Assembly (NCBI GenBank): GCA_036170915.1
Contig: JAVHQC010000015.1
Span: forward strand, 96,001 to 160,000
Source of the DNA: Cyanobacteria bacterium auto_48_18
Lineage (GTDB): Bacteria; Cyanobacteriota; Vampirovibrionia; Obscuribacterales; Obscuribacteraceae
Direction: 5' to 3'
DNA: 64,000 nt
The notes under the pieces are model-generated. The model was not told where the DNA came from and searched no databases. It was given only the letters and a program-made list of their open reading frames with translations. The translations under genes and the position numbers were made by a program. Shown one piece after another: positions 36,346-44,750 of this stretch (position 1 is the stretch's first letter; the number at the start of each line of letters is the position of its first letter).

Positions 36346-37833
36346 TTAGAATTGGAAGTAGATGAAGCGAGGTGAGCTGTCTGGGGAGAAGATTGTGAGC
36401 AAGCACATCAAGGCCACCATCAGGCTGACTTGGACAGCCCAGGGAGGACTTTGATAGAACTTCTTGTCGTTAAGCCAGGCGATGATCGGTTGCGAAATCA
36501 TCAAACCAGGTAAAAGCAGAAGTAAGGCAGGGAAGATAATTGGATCGCGAATTTGCAGAATAGCCAGTTGCGCAGCGCTGAAGTGCAATAGATCGAGTGG
36601 TGCGTGAACCAGCTTCTGTATTATGGCGCCGGCCACATGCATATTGTCGGCACGGAAAAGCACCCAGCCAATACAGACAATATGGAAAGTCGCCACAATG
36701 GAGAACCAGTGATAGAGCTTACTGGCCATGGGTGACGCTGCAAGCTTTTTGTTGATGCCTAAAGCGTCAAGTACACGCACATATTCTCTATGCAAAATCA
36801 GAACAATACCTTGATAGGCACCCCAGACGAGGAAGTGCATGGCTGCACCGTGCCAGAGACCACCAAGAGCCATGGTGATGAAAAGGTTGCGATAAACAAG
36901 CGGGCGAGAAACCCGTGAGCCGCCCAGGGGAATAAAGAGATAATCTCTCAACCAGGTAGACAAACTGATGTGCCAGCGATTCCAGAAGTCGGCCACGTTG
37001 GCGGCCATGTAAGGAAGGTTGAAGTTGATTGGCACCTTATAGCCAAAGAGCAAAGCCGAGCCGCGAGCGACGTCGGTATAACCGGCAAAGTCGAAAAAGA
37101 TCTGGAAAGCAAAAGCGTAAGTAATCAACCAGAGATCCACAGAGGAGAAATTCTCGGGATGGGCAAAACCAGCCTGTACTACCATGGCCAGATTGTCGGC
37201 CAGGAGTACTTTTTTAGCCAGACCCATAAGGATCATCTGCATGCCTTCGTCGACATATTCCCATTTGAATTTGAGCTTTTCAGTCAACTGAGGGACAAAA
37301 TCTTGATAGCGTTTAATTGGGCCGGCAATTTGCGTGGGGAAGAACGCGGCAAACAATGCAAGCGCTGAGAAGTTCTTGACCAGCGGCTTGCCGCGATAAA
37401 CTTCCACCGCGTAGTGAATGAACTCAAATACGAAAAACGAAATACCCAGCGGCAAAATAATATGCAAGTGGGGTTCTTTCCAATCAATGCCAGCCATCGA
37501 GAGACCTTGCTTCACTGAGCCAACAGCGAAGTATGCATATTTGAAAATTGCCAAACAGATCAAGTTGACTGCCACGGCAATGCCGAGCCAGACTTTGGGT
37601 GTGAAAATATGTTTGCCGCTGGCTGCCGTAGCCGCCTTATGGATATAGGGCACGAGCAGGAAGGTGGCCAGGGTCAAGCCAAAAATAAGCAAGCCGTAGA
37701 TTGGTCGCCACGTGCAGTAGAAAACGTAGCTCGCCACTAAAAGTAGTGGCACTCTCAACCGCTGTGGTGAAATCCAATATAGGAGAAAGACCACGGGCAG
37801 AAAGACTAGATACTGCAGACTGTTGAATAACAA
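36346..37833 (-). CDS. MBOAT family O-acyltransferase (AlgI/DltB/PatA-like)
   Basis: MLFNS start; LPLGISFF, FPTQIAGPI, DFAGYTD, FWNRWHISLSTWLRDY, GLWHGA (catalytic His) and FIYFQF end. Confidence 0.93.
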   Translation of the reverse strand: MLFNSLQYLVFLPVVFLLYWISPQRLRVPLLLVASYVFYCTWRPIYGLLIFGLTLATFLLVPYIHKAATAASGKHIFTPKVWLGIAVAVNLICLAIFKYAYFAVGSVKQGLSMAGIDWKEPHLHIILPLGISFFVFEFIHYAVEVYRGKPLVKNFSALALFAAFFPTQIAGPIKRYQDFVPQLTEKLKFKWEYVDEGMQMILMGLAKKVLLADNLAMVVQAGFAHPENFSSVDLWLITYAFAFQIFFDFAGYTDVARGSALLFGYKVPINFNLPYMAANVADFWNRWHISLSTWLRDYLFIPLGGSRVSRPLVYRNLFITMALGGLWHGAAMHFLVWGAYQGIVLILHREYVRVLDALGINKKLAASPMASKLYHWFSIVATFHIVCIGWVLFRADNMHVAGAIIQKLVHAPLDLLHFSAAQLAILQIRDPIIFPALLLLLPGLMISQPIIAWLNDKKFYQSPPWAVQVSLMVALMCLLTIFSPDSSPRFIYFQF

Positions 37834-38083
37834 ACCAGGTTCTCCTTGCTCAATTGTATTGCCTGGGGCTGTGCGCTTGTCTCAGTCCCATTGAAGACGT
37901 TATCAATGGCTTGCGTACATGATATAGGTTAGGTTTCCAGTATGTCTACCGGCCACCAATTCTCTTAACCTAAAAGCTTTATAGTACCGCGGCCAGCAAG
38001 ACTGAAGATCGCTCACACAGCGCTATATTGAGCGCTTGACTACGGCGAAGTTTATTTATTTCATCTACAGCATTTGTGAGAAT

Positions 38084-38803
38084 TTACTCACCGTTTTTGT
38101 CTTTAGTGAATCCTTCAGCAACGAGCTGATACCCACCACCGTATACAGTCTTGATATATTTGCGGTCGCCTTTCTCCATGCGGGTTCTCAGATGTCTGAT
38201 GTGAACGCGAATTGTATCCACGTCATCATCAGGTGAGTAGCCCCAAACTTCTTCCAACAATTTACCGGTGGAAACAGTTTGACCATGATGTTGCATCAAG
38301 CAATGCAATATTTCGAACTCTGTTGGCGTGAGCTTTTCGATGCGCTTATCGACTTGCGCTTGCAAATTTTCAGGTATGAGAGTGATCTCACCGGCGGTGA
38401 GAATTTCTGGCAAGGATGCGGAATGAGGCACCGATCCGGCGCGCCGTAGCAACGCTCTAACTCGCACCTGTAATTCAGGAATATCAAAAGGCTTCGGCAA
38501 ATAATCATCAGCACCAGCATCGAAACCAGCCACCTTATCTTTGGTGGTGGAAAGCGCTGTCAGCATCAGTACTGGAATCGGATTGGTCTCACGATTCTGG
38601 CGCAGTCGCTGGCAGACGGTGAAGCCATCGAGGTCAGGCATCATTACGTCTAAGACAATCAAGTCAGGCCGGTTTTGCGTGGCCATGGCCAGACCCTTGA
38701 TGCCATCAGGTGCTGTGATTACCTGGTGGCCAAGTAATTCAAGATTTATTTTTACTAATTCAGAGATCGAGAGGTCATCTTCGATGACGAGGATTCTTGA
38801 CAA
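38084..38803 (-). CDS. rpaA: OmpR-family response regulator, RpaA orthologue
   Basis: ISELVx[28 protein letters not shown], LHCLMQxHGQTVS and [22 protein letters not shown]...YIKTVYG match cyanobacterial RpaA signatures. Confidence 0.8.
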   Translation of the reverse strand: MSRILVIEDDLSISELVKINLELLGHQVITAPDGIKGLAMATQNRPDLIVLDVMMPDLDGFTVCQRLRQNRETNPIPVLMLTALSTTKDKVAGFDAGADDYLPKPFDIPELQVRVRALLRRAGSVPHSASLPEILTAGEITLIPENLQAQVDKRIEKLTPTEFEILHCLMQHHGQTVSTGKLLEEVWGYSPDDDVDTIRVHIRHLRTRMEKGDRKYIKTVYGGGYQLVAEGFTKDKNGE

Positions 38804-38863
38804 TGTGCTCTCCGTTCTTATGGTCCCTGATAACGCGATAACGCCAGATTACTTCTGTGCGGC

Positions 38864-40039
38864 TTAGTCTGACATACCTATTAATTTTACTGGAATTTTT
38901 ACGGCGCGTCCGCTTCGGATCACAGTCAGTGTAACCACTTGGTTTGACTTCTTGCTCTCTATATACGACATCAGGCCATCCACAGTGTTTGTGGGAATGC
39001 CGTCAGCTTCAAGAATAATATCTGCCACTGTGAAATCGGGCTTCTGCAAAACCATACCGTTGCCAATGTCATATAACACCACTTTTGGTCCGGCAAGGCC
39101 GGCTTTTTCAGCCGGGCTGCCTTTGGCCACGCGCAGTACTCTGACGCCGACTTCGCCGGCAGGAGTGACTTCCACTCCAAGCTCAGGTCGCAGAACTCTA
39201 TGATGCTCAAGAATTTGAGGAATAACATTTTTGGCAATATTTATAGGTATAGCAAATCCGACGCCAGAACTGAGGCCGTTGGTAGTGTAAATGGCGGTAG
39301 TAATACCGACTACACGGCCCAGGCTGTCTAGCAGCGGCCCACCAGAATTGCCGGGATTAATGGCAGCATCGGTTTGAATTACGCCCTTGATTAAGCGGCC
39401 CTTGGCCACGGGGATGGTTCGACCAAGCGAAGAAACCACGCCAACGGTCATGGTGCGATCAAGGGCAAAAGGATTGCCGATGGAAAAAACGCGACGCCCT
39501 ACTTCTAATTGTGATGAATCACCTAAAGGAATAATCGTAAGTTTTGAAGTTTCAGGGGGCTTGATATTGACTATGGCCAGGTCGGTTTGCTTGTCGATAC
39601 CCTTAACCACTCCGTGAAAACTGCTGCCGTCCCACAAAGTCACACGCACGTGTTCAGCGTCGTTTACCACGTGATAGTTGGTGAGAATATTGCCGTCACT
39701 GGAAATAATTACGCCTGAGCCGCAACCTTCAGCTGTGTGATTGAGAGTGTAATCTTCAGCCGAGGCCACAGGCGCAATGTTGACCACGCCACGATTAGCG
39801 CCTTTGTATACGGCGATGTTGACGATTTCGTCATTTGATAATGTCGCTGGTCTGATGTCGTTGACAAAAACTTTGTCGGCGGCCTTAACTGATTGGCTTT
39901 TGATCTGTTCAGCAGCTTGTCTGCTTTTCAATGTAGATGTTTTGGTTGCCGGGCTGACAGCACTGGCACCATCAACAGTGGCAGCCCATAGACACAAATG
40001 CAGCAGAGTAAAGCTCGTGAGATAACTGTTTAATTTCAC
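38864..40039 (-). CDS. HtrA/DegP-like serine protease with PDZ domain
   Basis: GSGVII, ILTNYHVV, DLA and QTDAAINPGNSGGPL motifs; C-terminal PDZ; signal peptide. Confidence 0.93.
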   Translation of the reverse strand: MKLNSYLTSFTLLHLCLWAATVDGASAVSPATKTSTLKSRQAAEQIKSQSVKAADKVFVNDIRPATLSNDEIVNIAVYKGANRGVVNIAPVASAEDYTLNHTAEGCGSGVIISSDGNILTNYHVVNDAEHVRVTLWDGSSFHGVVKGIDKQTDLAIVNIKPPETSKLTIIPLGDSSQLEVGRRVFSIGNPFALDRTMTVGVVSSLGRTIPVAKGRLIKGVIQTDAAINPGNSGGPLLDSLGRVVGITTAIYTTNGLSSGVGFAIPINIAKNVIPQILEHHRVLRPELGVEVTPAGEVGVRVLRVAKGSPAEKAGLAGPKVVLYDIGNGMVLQKPDFTVADIILEADGIPTNTVDGLMSYIESKKSNQVVTLTVIRSGRAVKIPVKLIGMSD

Positions 40040-40042
40040 TTT

Positions 40043-40756
40043 TTACTGTTCACTTTCGCTAGTGACTGCCGTTGCCTCTGGGCCCGCTGGACTTGCTGAA
40101 CTTGCTGGACTCTCTGTTGTTGCTGACGTTTTTTTACCGAGAGTGATACGTGGTTCTGTTCCGGCCACGAGCCTTTTGATATTGGAAACATGCCTGGCCC
40201 AGACATAAACGCAGCCAATAACTGCATAAATTACATAGGCCTCAGGATTTTTTAGCCACCACATAAAAATGACATTGACAAAAGCAGCTACAAGAGAAGC
40301 AAGTGACACTATTCTGGTGGTAAATACAATTGTGAGGAAAGCTCCGAAGGTCAAAGGCAAGAGCAGCGGGCAAAAGGCCACCATGGTGCCAAGACCGGTA
40401 GCAGCGCTTTTGCCACCTTTGAAGCCAAGAAAGATCGACTTACTGTGACCAACAAGCGAAATAGTTGCCACTACCACCGGTACCAGATGTGGCAGCCCGA
40501 ACAATGTCCAGCCAGAGGCTTGTTGGCCCTGATCGAAATGCATAGCAACCAGTACAGGGATGTAGCCTTTGAAAAAATCCAGCACCATGACAAGGATGCC
40601 TTCTTTTTTGCCCACACATCTGTAGACATTAGTAGCACCTGTAGAACCTGAGCCCAACTTGGTAATATCGATGCCTTTGGCTTTAGCCAGCCAGTAACCA
40701 AAAGGCAGCGAACCAATTATGTAGGCGGAGCTAATTAAAACCAGCGCTAATACCAT
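40043..40756 (-). CDS. plsY: Glycerol-3-phosphate acyltransferase PlsY
   Basis: YIIGSLPFG, GSGSTGATN, DFFKG, GHS.SIFLGFKGGK and HVSNIKRL motifs; follows der. Confidence 0.93.
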   Translation of the reverse strand: MVLALVLISSAYIIGSLPFGYWLAKAKGIDITKLGSGSTGATNVYRCVGKKEGILVMVLDFFKGYIPVLVAMHFDQGQQASGWTLFGLPHLVPVVVATISLVGHSKSIFLGFKGGKSAATGLGTMVAFCPLLLPLTFGAFLTIVFTTRIVSLASLVAAFVNVIFMWWLKNPEAYVIYAVIGCVYVWARHVSNIKRLVAGTEPRITLGKKTSATTESPASSASPAGPEATAVTSESEQ

Positions 40757-40759
40757 CGA

Positions 40760-42133
40760 TCATGACTCTTTCTTTGCACGCGTGAATATTCTGATTGGAG
40801 CTCCGTGGAAACCAAAGGCTTCGCGCAGTTTGCGCTCTAAATAAGCTTCGTAGTTTTTCGCCATTAACTTACCATCGCTGACGAAAAGCAAAAATGTAGG
40901 TGGGGCTACCGATACTTGAGTAGTGTAATAGACTTTCAGTCGCTTTCCCCGCTTAGAAGCAGGTGGTGGCACCAAGGCTACGCTTTCATTGATGATTTGA
41001 TTGACCAGTGCCGTGGTGATGCGTTTGTGAGCTTCAGCATATGCCCGAGCCGACGCTTCAAGTATTTTTGGCACACGCAGCTTACTCGTAGCGCTGGTGA
41101 AAACCACCTCTGCATAAGAAAGCGCTCTCAGCTGACGTTTTACTTCTTCGGTAAAATTAGTCATCGAGCGCGATGAGCGATCTTCAATCAAATCCCATTT
41201 GTTGATAACAATGACAGCGGCTTTTCCTGCTTCTTCAATTTTGCCGGCAATTTTTTGATCTTGGTCAGAAATTTCAATACCGGCGTCGAGCACGAGCACG
41301 CAGACGTCGGCTCGGTCTATAGCTTTGAGAGAACGCACTACTGAGAAAGCTTCAATGCCATAGTCTACTCGTGATTTGCGACGAATACCGGCGGTGTCAA
41401 TCAGTGTCAGTTCGCGGCCATGCACTTTAATGGGAGTATCAACAGCATCACGGGTGGTGCCAGGTACCTCTGAGACAATGGCACGCTTAGAGCCGCATAG
41501 AACGTTAGTTAGTGACGACTTACCCACGTTGGGGCGGCCGACGATGGCTATGGCATAAGGCGCGGTATTGGGATCTTTTTCTTCTTCTTCGCCTTCTTCC
41601 GGATAAACAATTTTGCCTGCGCCCTCAGGGAATTTTTCCACGATGGCATCAAGCAAGTCGCCCACGCCGCCGCTGCCCTGCATGGCGGAAAGGCCCATTG
41701 GCTCTCCAAGACCGAGTTTATAAAATTCCATGACATTGTTATTGTCTTTCATGCTGTCAATTTTATTGACACCTAAAAGTACCGGCTTTTTCACTTTGCG
41801 AATGATATTAGCTACTTCTTCATCCGCTCCGGTAAGGCCTTGCTTGCCATCCACAACAAAAACAATCACATCGGCCTGGACAAGCGCTTCTTGCACCTGG
41901 TCCAGCACGGCTCCTGCCATCATGCCATCAATTTTGCCGTCTTCGCCCTGAATGCCGCCGGTATCAACCAGCAGAAATTCACGGCCATTCCATTCGCAAT
42001 CGCGATAAATGCGATCTCTAGTGACGCCCGGCGAGTCGTCGACAATGGCGTACTTGGCGCCTATACAACGATTGAAAAAGGTTGACTTGCCTACGTTCGG
42101 GCGTCCAACGATTGCTACTACTGGTTTTGACAT
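40760..42133 (-). CDS. der: Ribosome biogenesis GTPase Der (EngA)
   Basis: Two GRPNVGKS domains, DTGG/DTAG, NKID/NKWD; KH-like tail. Confidence 0.97.
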   Translation of the reverse strand: MSKPVVAIVGRPNVGKSTFFNRCIGAKYAIVDDSPGVTRDRIYRDCEWNGREFLLVDTGGIQGEDGKIDGMMAGAVLDQVQEALVQADVIVFVVDGKQGLTGADEEVANIIRKVKKPVLLGVNKIDSMKDNNNVMEFYKLGLGEPMGLSAMQGSGGVGDLLDAIVEKFPEGAGKIVYPEEGEEEEKDPNTAPYAIAIVGRPNVGKSSLTNVLCGSKRAIVSEVPGTTRDAVDTPIKVHGRELTLIDTAGIRRKSRVDYGIEAFSVVRSLKAIDRADVCVLVLDAGIEISDQDQKIAGKIEEAGKAAVIVINKWDLIEDRSSRSMTNFTEEVKRQLRALSYAEVVFTSATSKLRVPKILEASARAYAEAHKRITTALVNQIINESVALVPPPASKRGKRLKVYYTTQVSVAPPTFLLFVSDGKLMAKNYEAYLERKLREAFGFHGAPIRIFTRAKKES

Positions 42134-42139
42134 GCTCTT

Positions 42140-44281
42140 CTATTTTTTGTCCGTATCTTTGTCCGGACCCTGGCGCATGGTGAACGGTTTGCTTTGTGAA
42201 TCCCTAGCTTGGCTTTGCTGGCCGAACTTTTTACCCAGCTTAGGCGCCTGAGCTTCTACCCATTTGATCAAGGTATCTTTGGCAAGATTGAGATAGACTG
42301 CCGTCTCTGTATCTCCCCCCTGGTCTGGGTGTACACCTGGAGCAGCAATTTGTGCTTTCCAGGCTTCGATAATTATTTTGCTGGTCAACTCTTCTGGTCT
42401 GACTCCTAGAATCATGCAATGCTTGCGAATATCAGCAGGCACTGGTGCCACCCGTGGTGTTGGTATGGTAGAAATTGGTGGCATCTGATTGGTTGCTTCG
42501 CCCACAGGACCACCAGCCGGAGCCGCAGCAGGAGTTTTGCCGCCCACAAATTTGTTGCGCACGCCCTGACGAATGGCTTCGAGATCAATGGCGGCACTAG
42601 CGCCGGTTTCACCATCAGACGCTGTGGGGGAACCGCTAGCGCCTGACGTTTGAGAATCGCCTACAGCATCACCATAAGCAGCTGCCGAGCCCGCGTCTCC
42701 ACCTGATGCAATGGCTGCATCCATCAATTGATCAAACGAACCGACCTGGCTGGGGTCATTATCTTGAGCTTGTTTGATTCTGGTTTTGATTAGGTCGCGC
42801 AGATCTTCGTTAGAAACTTTGGGCATCGCTGAAGTTTCGCTCTGGCTAGCAATTCTTTCATTTTGAGAATTAACCGGCGTGATGATCACGTCTTCGATAA
42901 CTTCAATGTGGCTTAATTCGTCCATATCTTCGAGGCCTTCGAAAATATCAAGTTTATCGAGATCAAGAATGTCAGGAATTTCATCGTCGCCGGCAGGCAA
43001 AGCGTCAAGTTTGTCAAAAGTGGCATTGGCTTGACGCCCCTCATTCTTGCCATTGCTCGACTTCTGCATCTCGGCCAGCGTAGGATAATTTTCGCCTGTG
43101 AGACCGCCGTCATACTGATTGACATAATCAAGCTGATAAACATCAGCTGCGCTGACTGCCGGCTTGTCGACAGATTTTGGCGCACTAGATGCGGTGCTCT
43201 CGCTTGTAGCATTGCTGCTGACGATAGGCTCCTCCGGCGGATCGAAAGAAATATCAGGCATGTTGGATTTTTTTCTGCTGCGAGCAGGCTCAGCCGCAGC
43301 TGGAACTGTGGGTGTGGGTGTGGGTGGTGCCGCTGCCGTATGAGCTACGTCCACGAACTCGTCTACATCTGGCGGGCTAAGAGGTTCAAAATAGAGATTG
43401 GTATTAGGGCGGCCAGCTACGGTACTGTATTGATAAACAGTCTCGATTTGCTTCCAGCTCAATGCTCCATATACCTCTGAGACATTGATCGGTGGCCGAT
43501 GGTCGCTAACCGCGTTGAAGCTTTGATCGTTGTAACCCACTGCTTTAGCTGGTGTCGGCTGTTGGGCAGGCAAAGCCGGTTCCGAATGATCAGCGCCGCG
43601 CTGCTCTTTCGGCAGGGCTTGCGGCTCAACAATGGCTGGTTTTACTTCGGGTTCACGAGCCTCAGCCTGGTGCAGACTTTCTGCTATGGGTAAGTCTTCG
43701 TCGGTAATACTTCCCGTAGATTGCTCTTCGCTGCGAATAGAAGCTTTAGCTGTTTTGGAAATTTCAGTTGGTGGAATTGTCTGCGATTGCTCTTTTTGTG
43801 AGCCGGTCTTCTGCTTGCTGGACTTTTCTATACCTTCAGCTTCGGCCAGGGCTTTTTCTTTGCCTTCAGCCAGACCCTTTTGATAGCCAAGTGACCAGGA
43901 ATTCTGAAGCTGCAAAGCCAGAGTCTCAGCTTCTTGCTCAAGTTCAGAAATATTGGCCTCTAACTCAACTACTCGCTCGGCTAATTCAGAGCCCCTGTCG
44001 TAGAGGTCTTGATTAATCACCGTGGCATTCTCAAGCTCAGCCGTCAGTTCTTTGCAACGGCCACCCAGCTCGCTATCGTAAGAGTAGGTGCTACCGTCAC
44101 CGCGGGCATCCATGATTTTATCCATGGCCAGTTTGTTGCTGAATACCGCCTCTGGAGCTAGTTCTGCCGCAGCCGCCACAGAATAAGGGTTGAGATCCCA
44201 ATCTTGAGCCCGCAGTGAGGCAATGGCTGCGTCAATGGCCTTCAGCACAATCTCTGCGGATTTTTCAGGTTCCTTAGCCAT
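42140..44281 (-). CDS. Large acidic, mostly disordered protein with coiled coil and C-terminal J-domain
   Basis: Coiled coil at about aa 75-130; C-terminal ILGV...HPDQGGD...LNLAKDTL J-domain pattern. Confidence 0.7.
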   Translation of the reverse strand: MAKEPEKSAEIVLKAIDAAIASLRAQDWDLNPYSVAAAAELAPEAVFSNKLAMDKIMDARGDGSTYSYDSELGGRCKELTAELENATVINQDLYDRGSELAERVVELEANISELEQEAETLALQLQNSWSLGYQKGLAEGKEKALAEAEGIEKSSKQKTGSQKEQSQTIPPTEISKTAKASIRSEEQSTGSITDEDLPIAESLHQAEAREPEVKPAIVEPQALPKEQRGADHSEPALPAQQPTPAKAVGYNDQSFNAVSDHRPPINVSEVYGALSWKQIETVYQYSTVAGRPNTNLYFEPLSPPDVDEFVDVAHTAAAPPTPTPTVPAAAEPARSRKKSNMPDISFDPPEEPIVSSNATSESTASSAPKSVDKPAVSAADVYQLDYVNQYDGGLTGENYPTLAEMQKSSNGKNEGRQANATFDKLDALPAGDDEIPDILDLDKLDIFEGLEDMDELSHIEVIEDVIITPVNSQNERIASQSETSAMPKVSNEDLRDLIKTRIKQAQDNDPSQVGSFDQLMDAAIASGGDAGSAAAYGDAVGDSQTSGASGSPTASDGETGASAAIDLEAIRQGVRNKFVGGKTPAAAPAGGPVGEATNQMPPISTIPTPRVAPVPADIRKHCMILGVRPEELTSKIIIEAWKAQIAAPGVHPDQGGDTETAVYLNLAKDTLIKWVEAQAPKLGKKFGQQSQARDSQSKPFTMRQGPDKDTDKK

Positions 44282-44406
44282 CGACGAAATTACAGTCTCA
44301 TGTAGGTAATCACACAGCTACAAGGCACAAAGGCGCATTTTGTTAGACTGGTGAATACATTTTAGCCTGTAAAACAAACCATAGAAAGGACGAATCTGGT
44401 TTTTAT

Positions 44407-44715
44407 ATGCAACGCCTGGCACAACTGACAATTCGCGGCCGCGTCCAGGGGGTCTTTTATCGACAGAGTACTAAGCGTGAAGCCCACGGATTGGGCCTTC
44501 AGGGTTGGGTGAGAAACCAGGCCGACGGCACTGTACTGGTGCTCGTGTCGGGGCCAGAGCCTGCAATCAAAGCTTTAATCGGTTGGTGTCAACAGGGGCC
44601 GCCGTCGGCGAAAGTCGACACAGTCGAGGTTAGGTGGATTGAACACACAGATGCTGAGAGTGAAAAATTGAGTGAATATGAACTTAAATTCAGTGATAAG
44701 TTTGAGATTCGTTAA
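44407..44715 (+). CDS. acyP: Acylphosphatase
   Basis: GRVQGVFYR, GWVRN and GPPSAKV motifs. Confidence 0.93.
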   Translation: MQRLAQLTIRGRVQGVFYRQSTKREAHGLGLQGWVRNQADGTVLVLVSGPEPAIKALIGWCQQGPPSAKVDTVEVRWIEHTDAESEKLSEYELKFSDKFEIR

Positions 44716-44750
44716 CGATTTAAGCCAGCGAATTTGAAAGCTGGCAAGAG

